64,000 nt of DNA. It comes from Lingula anatina (Eukaryota; Animalia; Brachiopoda). The position numbers and the translations under genes are program-made. The notes under the pieces were generated by a model. That model saw nothing but the letters and a program-made list of their open reading frames with translations, ran no database searches and had not been told where the DNA came from. Shown in pieces: positions 45,098 through 62,634 of this stretch (position 1 is its first letter; each line of letters opens with the position of its first letter). Location of the stretch: assembly GCA_051362555.1 (NCBI GenBank), contig CM120644.1, forward strand, positions 11,306,567 to 11,370,566, written 5' to 3'.

Positions 45098-45325
45098 ATG
45101 TTTCAGACGGAGATGACAAAACGTTTGATCGTTTTTGCCTCGGTGATTCTAGTGGGAATGTCGACAAGGAAATATGTTTTTGTCCACTCGCATGATGACG
45201 AGGGTATGAAGGAACGTGATAACTATGAGTATCGTGAGGATTTGGGCTTTCTGGAGAAGGATTACCTGCCTGTCCTCGAGAGAACGGGTGAAGAGGAACT
45301 GGAGGAGCAATGGACGGATATATGA
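45098..45325 (+). CDS. Tubulin-tail micropeptide unit 5 (75 aa, highly diverged)
   Basis: MFQTEMTKRLIVFASVILVGMSTRKYV-FVHSHDDEGMKERDNYEYREDLGFLEKDYLPVLERTGEEELEEQWTDI*. Tubulin-like 3'UTR follows. Confidence 0.6.
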   Translation: MFQTEMTKRLIVFASVILVGMSTRKYVFVHSHDDEGMKERDNYEYREDLGFLEKDYLPVLERTGEEELEEQWTDI

Positions 45326-45769
45326 TCCCAACGCCCATTGTCCTGGACAGCATGTATTCCACCGAAATGTTACACATTGACTTTTTTGTGAAGAAGTCAC
45401 ACATTTCTAGTCAAAAGAACATTGTGCATTATTTATACGATCTATTAAGGGTTCAAAATTTCAACAGGGTACAGAAAAATAAAGATAAAAATAAAATAAC
45501 ACTATACTAATTTTCCAGCGAGAGTTAAGCTAGTAACAATGCAATAATCAAATAAAAATAGATAAATTCTTTTCTGTCTCGCATTACGCATATTTATCGT
45601 TATTGGGATATCAATAACATAGATCGCATTCACAACGATTTGAGCCAGGCTTTACATATCCTGCGACTAAATATGGCGGACGTACATGAAAGGAAAACCG
45701 CCTAATCTTTTAATAGTCTCTCCGCCTCTCACACGCTTCCCCACACGTCGTCCCTGCGGGGTACAGTCA

Positions 45770-46413
45770 TTTAATCTCGACTTTTTGATGAACCTAACAT
45801 CCAGCGTTTTGAACAGCATTTTACCGAAATGTTACATGTTGACTTTTGTGACCATTCTTTACCAAAGCTAGGATCCAAAATATTTATTTTGGATCCTAGA
45901 CCAAAGGTAATGTGCTTCATTTTCATGGAGTTGACTGTTTTCGAGAAACCGTCAAAATTTGATCTGGGTACTGAAAAAATAATAAAAAATAGCAAATTCA
46001 TTTTTTAGAACTGAATAAACAATTACAACGTGTGCTATGTTAGATTTGCACACTGTGTTGGTAATCATGTTGAATATCAGTTTTAAAAATTGAGAAATGG
46101 TTTGTTTCTACCAAGCGCATAGCCTTAAAGAGAATAATTATAGCAATTTTAATATAGTATACTTAAAATGAACAAAAATAATTTAAACACAATCATATCG
46201 ACGTACCGTGTCCTGACACAGGGAACTACCCACGTATTTCCTTTATGTGCCTTGGTGAAAAGTGGAGGGGTATTGGGCGGGTATTTCCAAATGTGCCCTG
46301 AAAATCATTCAGCTTATGACGTCATTATTTAGCCGCCCTAAAGTTTTCTGCATCTCTGCCGCTTCACTTGGTAAGCAAGACAGTTTAGCCAGTACTAGAA
46401 TGCAATAATAAAA

Positions 46414-46473
<60 letters not shown>

Positions 46474-47295
46474 ATAAATAAATAAATAAATAAAGAATAA
46501 TAAAAATAATAGATTGGTTTTTTTTGTTTTGCCTCACACTTTTAAAATCTTTTCAAACCAACCACGCCCATTTAAAATGCTCCGAAAAAGAAAACTCAGA
46601 ATTATTGTCTGTTTCACAAACATGATAATGATAAATTAAGCTCGACACAATAAACATGTTTGTTTATATATGTACAATATAATTGCAAGCAGTTAACGGG
46701 AACACCAGTATATGCGCCGTAGTTGTCTTGATGCTAATGCTAAATGAATCTCAACACGACAAAAATGTTATAGATACACTCATATTTGTTTTTATATGTA
46801 CGGTACAAGCACTTAACGGGAGTACTAGATTCTGTGCTATAGCTGGCATAATAGTTGGTACATGTATAATACTGTAATGATGCTTTCCCCAATTCAAAAG
46901 CTGCCGTTTTATTGAGCAATATTAGGATGCAAAAAGGTAGGTAGATTTTATTTGACTGAATGATTATGCTGATATCTCCAAATATCCTACATGTACATTA
47001 TAATTTTACTGTCAACTTAAAGCATTATTTTGATAAGTTTGGAAATCGCGCAGTGTCTAGTAGAAAACCTGATTATAAAAAGGACGTAGAACTATTATAA
47101 GGATGGGGTGTAAACGATGTTTTTTAATTGTATTTTTCAATGTCCACTTTCTTGCATTACTACAACTCCCGACTTCGCTGCCAACAGCTTCGAAATTGCA
47201 CAGCACGCCGATTTCCAACCACTCTCTTTTAAGGAAGATTAATCCATAGGTAAAATGTTTAAGACGTAGATGGCGAAACGTTCGATTCTAATTTA
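45770..47295 (+). pseudogene. Broken micropeptide unit(s): orphan 3'UTR (~45770-46080) plus upstream block and leader start (unit 6) truncated next to the inverted tubulin C 3' end
   Basis: CCAGCGTTTTGAACAGCAT...CTGAATAAA 3'UTR homology. Conserved upstream block (46780-47250), then ATGTTTAAGACGTAGATGGCGAAACG (MFKT*MAKR) with no tubulin tail after it. Confidence 0.6.
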
Positions 47296-47649
47296 TTCAA
47301 TGATGTATTCTTTTTCACTCTATAGTATCATTGCTATAAAATTCTATTTGTTGCAGGCAAATTATTTCTCAAATCGTATAGTCATAATGATTGCTTACGC
47401 ATGTGTAGAAACTAAACAACATCAAAAGTTTGAATTATTATTCAATTTCAAAATATGAATTTGATCTTTAACTTTTATGATTTTTGCAATGCCCTGATAA
47501 TATTGGACCGTTTCTTAAAGAACTTCATGAAAAAGTGCACAATAATCTTTTGAAAAAAGTCTGACTACTCGTCACAGATGAAAAAAGTTCATATTTAACA
47601 TTCCATTGGAATGCTGTTTGAGACGCTGGACGTGGAATAATGTATCTGT

Positions 47650-53341
<5,692 letters not shown>

Positions 53342-53846
53342 GTTGAAGACGGTTATGTTGATGAACCATACAAGTAAGGTTAATCGAAGACTCCGCGGAG
53401 TAGATTTTGCTCTTTGACTTGAAGTGTCCGAGCAAAATTCAAAATATGACGTCAACAAGTGAAAAGTGTTCTATTTATACCACGGTTTGCCCAGCAGTTC
53501 GTTGAGTGGAAAACTCAGCAGTTGATTGGTAGACGTAGCGTTGCCCGAGTGAATGGCTTAATTATGGGTTAGGGATGAGCAACAGCGACCGTTGAATGCC
53601 CTGGTGCTGTACAGTCGCATCATAATCGCGCTAAGTAAGTTGAAACGTAATGCCCTAATCTGAGCCCAATAATCATAACAGTGCGCAGACTCAGCGGCAT
53701 GAATAGAATTGAGCTAGCACCGTTTGAAATTTCGAATTCGGTGTAACTTGACAGAGAGGCCACATGAGAATCCGCTTCCTTTCCTTTTGTACAGGTAAGG
53801 CTCGCCCTGAATTTTGACCTACTTAAGCCAGCTAACCCTAACCATT

Positions 53847-54156
53847 ACTAGAAAAGCACCCCGAGAGCGCAGACCTTCGCCAAGGCAGCGATTTTTGATT
53901 ATTATTGATTGATTATTGATTCCGGATCACCACTAATCATCTCTTTCCTTGGCCCGCTTCTGACAGATCTTGAAAATTTCATCAAAATCGGTCCATAACT
54001 TTTTGAGTTATGTTGATGATTGATGATTGATTATTGATTGATTATTAATTCGGATCACCACCAAAAACTAATCACTTCTAAGTTAACCCGTTTTCGACCT
54101 ACCATGAAAATTTCATCAAAATCGGTCCATAACGTTTTGAGTTATGTTGATGACAA

Positions 54157-54187
<31 letters not shown>

Positions 54188-54231
54188 CAGACAAACAGGG
54201 GTGAAAACATAACCTCCGTGGCGGAGGTAAA
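53847..54231 (-). mobile_element. Helentron/HINE-like non-autonomous element
   Basis: Minus strand begins TTACCTCCGCCACGGAGGTTATGTTTTCACC, then (GTCT)n and two core repeats. Partial relative at ~29640-29858. Confidence 0.6.
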
Positions 54232-55337
54232 ATAACTTAATAAAGGGCAGACTTTCTTTAACACGGACCCTCAATTTCGTTATAAAGGTTAGGGAAAAAT
54301 TAACACGATTTCAAGCGTCAGACAATCAACGCTGTTTGCACTTAGCGAGAATTCCCGGTGATGATGAAGTGATTGCGCAAACAGTATTCTACGGGTCATT
54401 GGTATGGGGATTCCAAGAGCGTATCCCCAGAGATTTAGATCGATCCAACAAGATCGACCTAACCCCCTGGGGGTTCACGCTAAATTGCTGTCAGCCGACC
54501 GAGCATGGTAGCTAATTACCCCTTTAAAGCTTTTAGTAGGCGGGACAGACATTTAAGCCCGGTAAGCTGACAGTAATCTAGTGAGACTCCCCACGGGGTT
54601 AGATCGAACTAAAATCTGTGGGAATGGGGTCCAAGCGTATGAACAGACAGAAAAGGTACATATATTATTTTGCAGGAAAAAATTTAAGTGTAGTATAATT
54701 CCACGTGCGGCAGATATTAATATTAACAGAAACATTATATGTACCTCGACACAGTCCTACTTATGTAACTACTTGCACTTAACGGGAGTACCAGTATCTA
54801 CGTAACCAGTATCTACGTCAAAGCGGCACGTTTAAAAAAATCAAATTTATCATATACTTAACGACGCTTTCTCCAATTCAAATTGCCCCCACACTGTATT
54901 GAGCTGCAATGGACGCCAAAAGGTGGGTAGGTTTTACTGAATGGTAAATTGGTATCATGTAAATTTTAAATGGGATGTGAAATAAGGGATAATTTTGATA
55001 GGTTAGGAAATCTCGCATTGTCAGGAAGAAAGGCTTGATTCATTCAAAACAAAATTTTCTGTAAAGTGTTTTGCAGTTGAGCCTGCACTATTGTGTCATA
55101 TAGCTACATTTTGTCTAGTTTGATAATTCAGTAAAAAAGGGGACATTGGTTGATTATATGGACGGTAAATAACCATGCAGTTTTTATTTAAAATAGCCTC
55201 GGAAAAAAAACAACTTTACGAGGAGATGAGAGAAAATATGGTACATCATTCGACTGTCCGGACAACTGCTTCGAAATTGCACAGAGCGCTGATTTCCAAT
55301 CCACCTCTTTCAAAGAATATTTCATTCACAAGTAATA

Positions 55338-55565
55338 ATGTTTAAGACAGATTTGGCCAAATGTTTAATCGCTTTAGCCTTGTTGGCTTTTGTGGGGGTA
55401 TCGATAGGGGTTTGTGCTTTCGTCCACTGGTGTGACTGTGAGGGTATGGAGGAAGGTGAATTCTCTGAGGCTCGTGAGGATCTGGTCGCTCTGGAGAAGG
55501 GTTACGAAGAGGTCGGCGTCGACTCCGTTGAGGGAGAGGGCCAAGATGAAGTGTATTACTCGTAG
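55338..55565 (+). CDS. Tubulin-tail micropeptide unit 7 (75 aa)
   Basis: [75 protein letters not shown]. Classical signal-peptide shape with a V-x-A cleavage motif. Confidence 0.62.
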   Translation: MFKTDLAKCLIALALLAFVGVSIGVCAFVHWCDCEGMEEGEFSEAREDLVALEKGYEEVGVDSVEGEGQDEVYYS

Positions 55566-56102
55566 GAATGATCCCAGCGTCCTGAAGAGCATATGCTTCA
55601 CTGAAACTTTACATATTAAGCTTTTGTGACGAAAAGTCAGAAATTTCTTGTCAAAAGAACTTTGCATGCGTTATTTTATGAGTTTTTGAGAAACAGTTAA
55701 TATTTCAGCAGGGTGTTGAAAAAATCAACAGGCAATAACAAAAATATCTTTGGGAACTGAAAAAAGGACAAAAACGTGTGCTGGTGTTTTGCTTGTACAC
55801 TGAGTTGGCAATCATAATGAATGTTAGTTTTCAAAATTGGAAAATTGATAATTTTTACCAAGCGCGTAATCTTTAACTGAATTTCATATCATTTATATGT
55901 TCATATTAAAGAATAATGTAATGTTATTTATTAAACAAAATCTTAATTAGAATAATAATTATGCAAGCACTACCTCCTAATCCATTGCCGAAAAGTGCTT
56001 TGGGGCAGAGGGTGGGGGTGGGGGTGGAGTGGGGATGGGGGGTAGAGAAGCGCGTTTTCCCTTTCCAAATGTGCCTTGAAAATTAAATACAGCTTACGAT
56101 GT

Positions 56103-56307
56103 CAGGGGCGGATTTAGGCCTCCTTCTGGGTCTTCCGGAAGACGGTCAGATTTTTAAGTTTATATTGACGGGTATCTAATATTTTCTGTCGGAAGACGGT
56201 CAAAAATTGAAGACGAATTAAAACAAAGATAATTTGGAAGTTAATTTGGAAATCAAAACAAAGATAATTTGGAAGACTGTCAGAAAATATCTCTGGATCC
56301 GCCCCTG
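56103..56307. mobile_element. Short TIR element with 5-bp duplication GATGT
   Basis: CAGGGGCGGAT...ATCCGCCCCTG flanked by GATGT. Empty site GCTTACGATGTCATC at ~59707. Confidence 0.75.
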
Positions 56308-57346
56308 GATGTCATCATGTAGCATTAAAATGCACGCTACTTATATGTATGAACTGAATGTAAAGAAACCGGCGGCCAAGTTTATTCAGAATAAGAAAAT
56401 AACAGATTAGGCCAGTAAACGAGCATATTTTCCCATTGAGGTTGGAAAAAATTGGTGACAAAGGTTTCTCAACTGATTCTGGTCCGTTGAAGGCCCAATA
56501 TAGCCCAAAAAAAATTCCCCATGAATCCCCCCATGGCAAAGTCTCATTTTCCACAAAAATCCAAAATGGCCGCTATTGAATGGGGTGGGTGGACTTGAAA
56601 TCCATAACTTGGGAACCCAATGTCACAGAAACATGCTTTAAGTATCAATTCCTACTAAGTGAGGGATCCCCAATCTTTTGAAACTAGTCTCAAGGTCACT
56701 GGAGCAATACACAGTAAATAATCTACTACAAATACAACAAGTACTCCGGGTATCGACTGTTTTCCCCACGCTTACCTCAGATTTATTTCAGACACCCTGA
56801 GTTTGCCATGATCAAAACGTGCATCATCATCATCATGTCGATGCTTGTTCAGTGGTGAGAACTGTATTTGTAGCCGCCAAGTACTCTCTAACAGGATGGC
56901 AGATATTATAGGCAAATTTTCCAAAAGCCAGAGAACCAAATGACAGTCTAAAGACATATCTGTGAATATCTTGTGAAAAATCAATCCGTCGCCCTGTTAG
57001 AGGTTAGCCGCCCAGAGCTCGGTGAATACATTAGTCAACGACAGCAAACACAATGCACAAACTGCAGGCGGCCTATTCAGTTATCTAGACCTCAGGAAAT
57101 ATGGTGATACATACATACATACATACATACATACATACATACAGGGACACATGCCCCCCCTCCACCCTACCCCCACTGTATACTCCTCCAGTCTGTAGAG
57201 CTCAGTGAATATATCGGTCACCGACATAAAACGTAAGGTGTATAGAGGAGTTGTATTCAGTGCTGTGACATTCGATTTGAACTGGAGATACAAACTGTAT
57301 AGATCTACGTATACAGTACACGCCTCAGAGCTCGGAAGACACGTAG

Positions 57347-57535
57347 TTGACTCTTGTGGGGATGTCGATAGGGATATTTCCTTTCGTCCACTGGTATGTC
57401 GGTGAGGGTATGGAGGAAGGTGAATTCTCTGAGGCTCGTGAAGATTTGGCCGCTCTTGAGAAGGATTACAAAGAGGTCGGCGTCGACTCCATTGAGAAAG
57501 AGGAAGGAGAAGTGTATTATTACTTTCATGAATGA
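57347..57535 (+). pseudogene. Tubulin-tail micropeptide unit 8, 5'-truncated leader
   Basis: (L)[20 protein letters not shown]...[16 protein letters not shown]. Start of leader replaced by a block also present at ~60540-61210. 3'UTR and AATAAA (57741) intact. Confidence 0.55.
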
Positions 57536-58926
57536 TTTCAAAGCCCAGCGTCCTGAACAGCATATATTCCACTGAAATTTGACATATTTTAATATGTCAA
57601 AACTTTTTGTGACGATAAGTCGGACGCTTCTTGTCAAAAGAACATTGTGTGCATTATTTTATGAAGTTTTTGAGAAACAGTCAACATTTTATCAGGGTGT
57701 TGAAAAAATCAACAGAAAATAATTTTATCTTAGGGAAGTTAATAAAGAATGTAAACGTGTACTGGTTTTTTGTTTGTGATGGCAGTCATTATAAATACAA
57801 ATTTTTAAAATGGGAAAACGAATATTTTTCGCCAAGCACGTTACCCCTAACAGAATTTTAAAGTAATTACATTACAGAATTCTTTAAAAGGTTCATAAAA
57901 ATTATAAACACTATCATTTTTATGTACTGCGTTCTAACCCAGGGAAGTCCTCATATATTTTCTTAAAGTGCCTTGGTGAGAAGGGGAAAGGGTGTATGGC
58001 GGGTGCTCGTGGTGGTGTGCTTGGCGCTTCCCTTCTCATTCCAAATATGCCCTGAAAATCACGAAGCTTAAGATTTCATTATTTAGCCGCTCTCCGGCTC
58101 TCTGTAACTTAGATGCCTCGTTTTGTAGGTTAAAAAACTTTCGTTGTCATATTCAAATTTTCTGGCGAGAGCTAGACTACTAAGCAAAACAATAATCAAA
58201 CAATGATAGATGAATTCTTTTCTCTCTTGCACGGTGCTTTGCACTTTTTCAACGCCTTTTAACTCTTTATGATTATTGGAAATAGAAATGTCAACATCAT
58301 TCTCTAATATAGAAACATGATGCTACTGATAAATAACACTAAATTCAACAAAAATGTAATTTATAATGGTTTTTTCATACGTGGAGTTAAAGCACTTGAC
58401 GATACACGTAGTACCAGTATCTGCGTTAAAATGTTTCATTTCCTATATAATACTGTAACGATGCTCGCTCCAATTCAAAACCCGCCGTGTTTGATTGATC
58501 AGCAATATTAGGACGGAGGTAGGTAGATTTTATTTGACTGAATAATATACTGATACATCCAGATATCCTTAATGTACATTATAACTGAAATGTGAACATA
58601 AAGCATTATTTATGTAAGTTTGGAAATCCCCACGCTGTCAGGAAGAAAGGCTTGATTATTTAAAGGACGTTAATGATTATAAGTATAGAAGAAAAACATG
58701 GAGCTTCAACGTTTTTATTTGCATTTTTCGATTTCCACTTTCTTGCAATGATACGTTTTACGTTTTTACTGGTATTTTTCAGTTTTCACTTTCTCACTTG
58801 AAAAGCCTTAAAAACCCTACTTTTCGCAGAGACAAGACGGTTGAGAAGAAATAACTTTGATACACCTTCCGACTTCGCTGTCAACCTCTTCGAAATTGCA
58901 CAGAACGCGGATTTATTTTAAAGGAG

Positions 58927-59136
58927 ATGGGATTCACAAGTAAATTATTTAAGGCGTTGGCGAAATGTTTGATCGTTTTCGCCTTGGTTACTCTGGTGGG
59001 TATGTTGGTAGAGAGCCGTGCTTTCCTCCACTTGCATGAAGATGAAAGTAATGAGGATCAAACAACCTATTGGCCTCTTGTGGATTTTGCCGGTGCTGAA
59101 CAGGACTATGATGGGAGCGGCGATGACTCCATTTAG
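58927..59136 (+). CDS. Tubulin-tail micropeptide unit 9 (69 aa, most diverged)
   Basis: MGFTSKLFKALAKCLIVFALVTLVGMLVESRA-FLHLHEDESNEDQTTYWPLVDFAGAEQDYDGSGDDSI*. The TAG replaces GAG (REEGEVYYF continues in frame). AATAAA at 59382. Confidence 0.55.
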   Translation: MGFTSKLFKALAKCLIVFALVTLVGMLVESRAFLHLHEDESNEDQTTYWPLVDFAGAEQDYDGSGDDSI

Positions 59137-61900
59137 AGAGAGGAAGGAGAAGTGTATTACTTTCATGGACGATCTTAACGCCCAGCCTCCTGAACAGCAT
59201 ATATTCCACTGAAAAATGACATATTTTAATATGTTAAAATTTTTTTGTGACGATATGTCGGACATTTCCTGTCAAAAGAACATTGCGTGCATTATTTTAT
59301 GAAGTTTTTGAGGAACAGTCAACATTTCATCAGGGTGATGATATAATCAGCAGACAATAACAGACTTATCGTTGGGAACTGAATAAAGAATTAAAGCGTG
59401 TGCTGGTGTCTTGTTTGTACACTGTGATGGCTAAACAATGAATAATGGAAATATTGGAAATATTGGAAAATGATTTGTTTTCGCTAAGCAAGTTACCCCT
59501 AACAGAATTTTAAAGTAATTACATTACAGACTTAAAAAGAATTCATAAAAACAATGAACACAAGCATGTCTACGTGCCGCGTTCTAACCCAGGTAAGTCC
59601 CCATATATTTTCTTAACTTGCCTTGTTGAGAAGGGGTGGGGGTGACGGGCAGATGTGTGTGGACTGCTTTTTTTTCTCTTTCTAAGCACGCCCTGGGAAT
59701 CACGCAGCTTACGATGTCATCATCTAGCAGCGGATCCAGGATTATTTGAAGGGGGGCCGATTTTTACTAATGACAGGCTGCGAATGCGAAGCCGACACCC
59801 CCCCCCCTTGGGCTGGGCTTCGGAGCCCGCTAAAGAGCCCCGTTAAATTTTGGGATTTTAGAGCGCGAACAGTACCATTTGGTACGGTTTAGAACTATGA
59901 TTCAGCTAGTCAAAAATTATTATTTAAAGAAGGGATTATTGGTATGATTTTTTTTCAGAAATCGAAGGGGGGGGGGTAGGCCCCCTTGCCCCCACCCCCT
60001 AAACCCGCCACTGCTTAGGTTTTCTGTGTGTCTGCCTCCTCGCTTAATAGACTAGTAAGTCGCTGTGTTCTGAAATAAAATTGTCCGGCGAGAGTAGATC
60101 CACTAATATGCATTATTATTCAATGAATTAAGATAAATTCTTTTCTGTCTTGCATCGCAATTTTTAAAAGTTTTTCCAAACGAACTCTACGTATTTAAAA
60201 TTATTTAAAACAGAGAGATAAGCATCATTCTCTTTTCCAGAAACGAGTTGATATTGCTAAATCAAAGCTCAACACAATAAAATTGTTAACGATTTTGTTT
60301 ATTTTTATATGTAGACTACTTGCACTGAACGCGAGTACCAGTATCTGCATTGGAAGTGCCATGTTTGAGAATATCGGGCATATGAAATACTATATTGATG
60401 CTTTCTCCAGTGTAAAGCTGACAGCAATCTAGTGAGACTCCCCAGGGGGATAGATCGATCTAAATATCTGTGGGAATGGTCTCTTATACATGAACAGAAT
60501 ACAAAGTAAACAAAGCCCACGGCCAAGTTTATTTAGAAAAAAAATTGCTAAGCAATATAAACCATCTACTACAAACACAGCAAGTTATCGGGATATCGAC
60601 TGTTTTCGTCATGCTTACCTCAGCGTTATTTCAGTCACCCTGAGTTTGCGATGATCAAAACGTCCATGAGTTCGTCATCGTGTCGATGCTTGTTCAGTGT
60701 AGAGGACTGTATTTGTAGCCGCCAAGTACCCTCTAACAGGGTGGCAGATATTATAGGGAAATTTTCCAAAACCCAGAGAATCAAATGACCGTCTATTTAT
60801 CTAAAGAAATATCTGTGAATATCTTGTGAAAAATCAGTCGCCCTTGTAGAGGATAGCCGCCCAGAACTAAGTGAATACATTAGTCAACGACAGCTAACGC
60901 AATGCACAAAATGAAGGCGGCCTATTCAGTTGTGTAGATCTCAGGAGATACGACAATACATGTATACACGCCTCAGCGGGCAGCCAGTCGGGCAGTTGTT
61001 ACAGGGACACATATGTCCACGTCCCCACCCTACCCCACCCCACCCCACCCCCACCGTACACTCCTCCAGTCTCTAGAGCTCAGTGAATATATCAGTCACC
61101 GACATAAAACGTATGTTATGTAGTGGAGATGTAATCTTTGCTGTGATAGCCAGGGTGAACTGGGGATACAGACTGTATACATATAAAGTACACGCCCCAG
61201 AGCTCAGTAGACAGGGAGTCAAAAGCAAGCATTTATTATCAAGATGTTATCTGACATAAAGAGAACGTACGGAGTCGTAGTCAGTTGATTCTCATGGTGC
61301 TTCAGAAAATAAGGGCTTCATGATAACCTCTACCAAGATGGCAGATTATATATAGGGAAAAACGGAAAAATCCAGACCAAAATGACTTTCTGTTTTTCTG
61401 GAGACATATCTGTGAATATCTGTGAATATCTGTGATCTGTGACGTGTTCAAAACCCCTATAACTATACCTGCATTAGCCGTCTGTAGAAGACGTATACTC
61501 TGTACAGGAGAGTATCTGACAACATATTGATACTCAGGTTGATTTACGGTGACTGGGTACGCACTGTGTGTGTGTCCTGTAGAGGAGGCACCGCCAGTGC
61601 TCCGAGCAACCGTGTGATTTTCAGGGTGAGCCGCCAGTTAATTCTCGGCAACACAGACATCACTGAATACGTTTGCCGGCTTACTAATGCGGTCATGAGA
61701 GTATTCCGTGCAATATATCATGTCTGCTACATCATGTAGCGCCGCTTAATATTGAAATAAACTGTAAAATTTTAAGCTTTGGAAGAGAGTTGTGACCAGT
61801 TAAAGTTTCATTTCACGTGTCTGTATCTCTGTACGTCTGGTCGTCAGTCTCAATCAGGGTGTGTGCGTGCGTGTGATTGCGTGCGCGGTTTGTTCCCGTG

Positions 61901-61942
<42 letters not shown>

Positions 61943-62631
61943 TTGAGTGGGGCATTTTCATGATTCACACTATGGCTTTAAACGAATTATAAAATGTTGC
62001 ATAGGAATATATTATCAGATGATATAGGAAAGGGCAGAAGAGCGATTGCAGGAATGGACAGGGGTAGTTCATAAAATACCAGTTCTCTGTAAAAAAAACT
62101 TATCCACAATATTGTAAGTCTATAAAGATGGAAATCACATATCTATATCTGTGAAAATAAAATTTGGAGCTATACTTGCTACATATTAAACTGCATAATA
62201 TATTCAGTCGTAACAACCCCCCCCCCCCCCAACACACACACACAAAAACACGCACATATACACATAGACTCATAACACCATCCTCAATGGGCATATTTTA
62301 GCCGGTATTCGTAATTTCAAAATGCACTAGTCCATATGCAATGACTCATGCCGCTGAAGCCGCGCACCAAGATATCCAACGGTCGCCGTTGCTCATCCCA
62401 AACCTATAAACCATTCACTCGGGCAACGCTGTCTTCGTCTACCAATCATCTGCCGAGTTTTCCACTCAACGAACTGCTGGGCACTGCGCCGTGGTATAAA
62501 TAGAACGCTTTCCCTTGTCTACGTCATATTTTGAATTTTGCTCGGACACATCAAGTCAAGGAGCAAAATCTACTCCGTAGAGTCATCGATTAACCCTTCT
62601 TGTACGGTTCATCAACATAATCGTCTTCAAC

Positions 62632-62634
62632 ATG
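62632..62634 (+). CDS. Probable alpha-tubulin D, ATG-only first exon; rest of gene beyond window
   Basis: TCTTCAAC-ATG-GTGAGT. Region ~62360-62920 is an inverted paralog of the tubulin C promoter, exon 1 and intron 1 start (~53060-53600). TATAAA at 62495. Confidence 0.72.

Larger units (their letters stand above)
35690..47295 (+). repeat. Tandem segmental-duplication array (0.7-2 kb units) carrying micropeptide units 1-6; a second stretch of the same family spans ~54770-60420
   Basis: Recurring blocks such as ACCAGTATCT, AACGATGCTTTCTCCAATT, AAGGTAGGTAGATTT, GTCCCGCAGTGTCTGG, ATTGATACACC, AATTGCACAG, and the tubulin-type 3'UTR. Confidence 0.9.

Noticed and set aside
55350-55361. DLAK in the unit 7 leader resembling tubulin GDLAKVQ
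   Set aside because: Spacing to AFVHW differs (18 vs 32 residues) and the intervening sequence does not align; probably coincidental.
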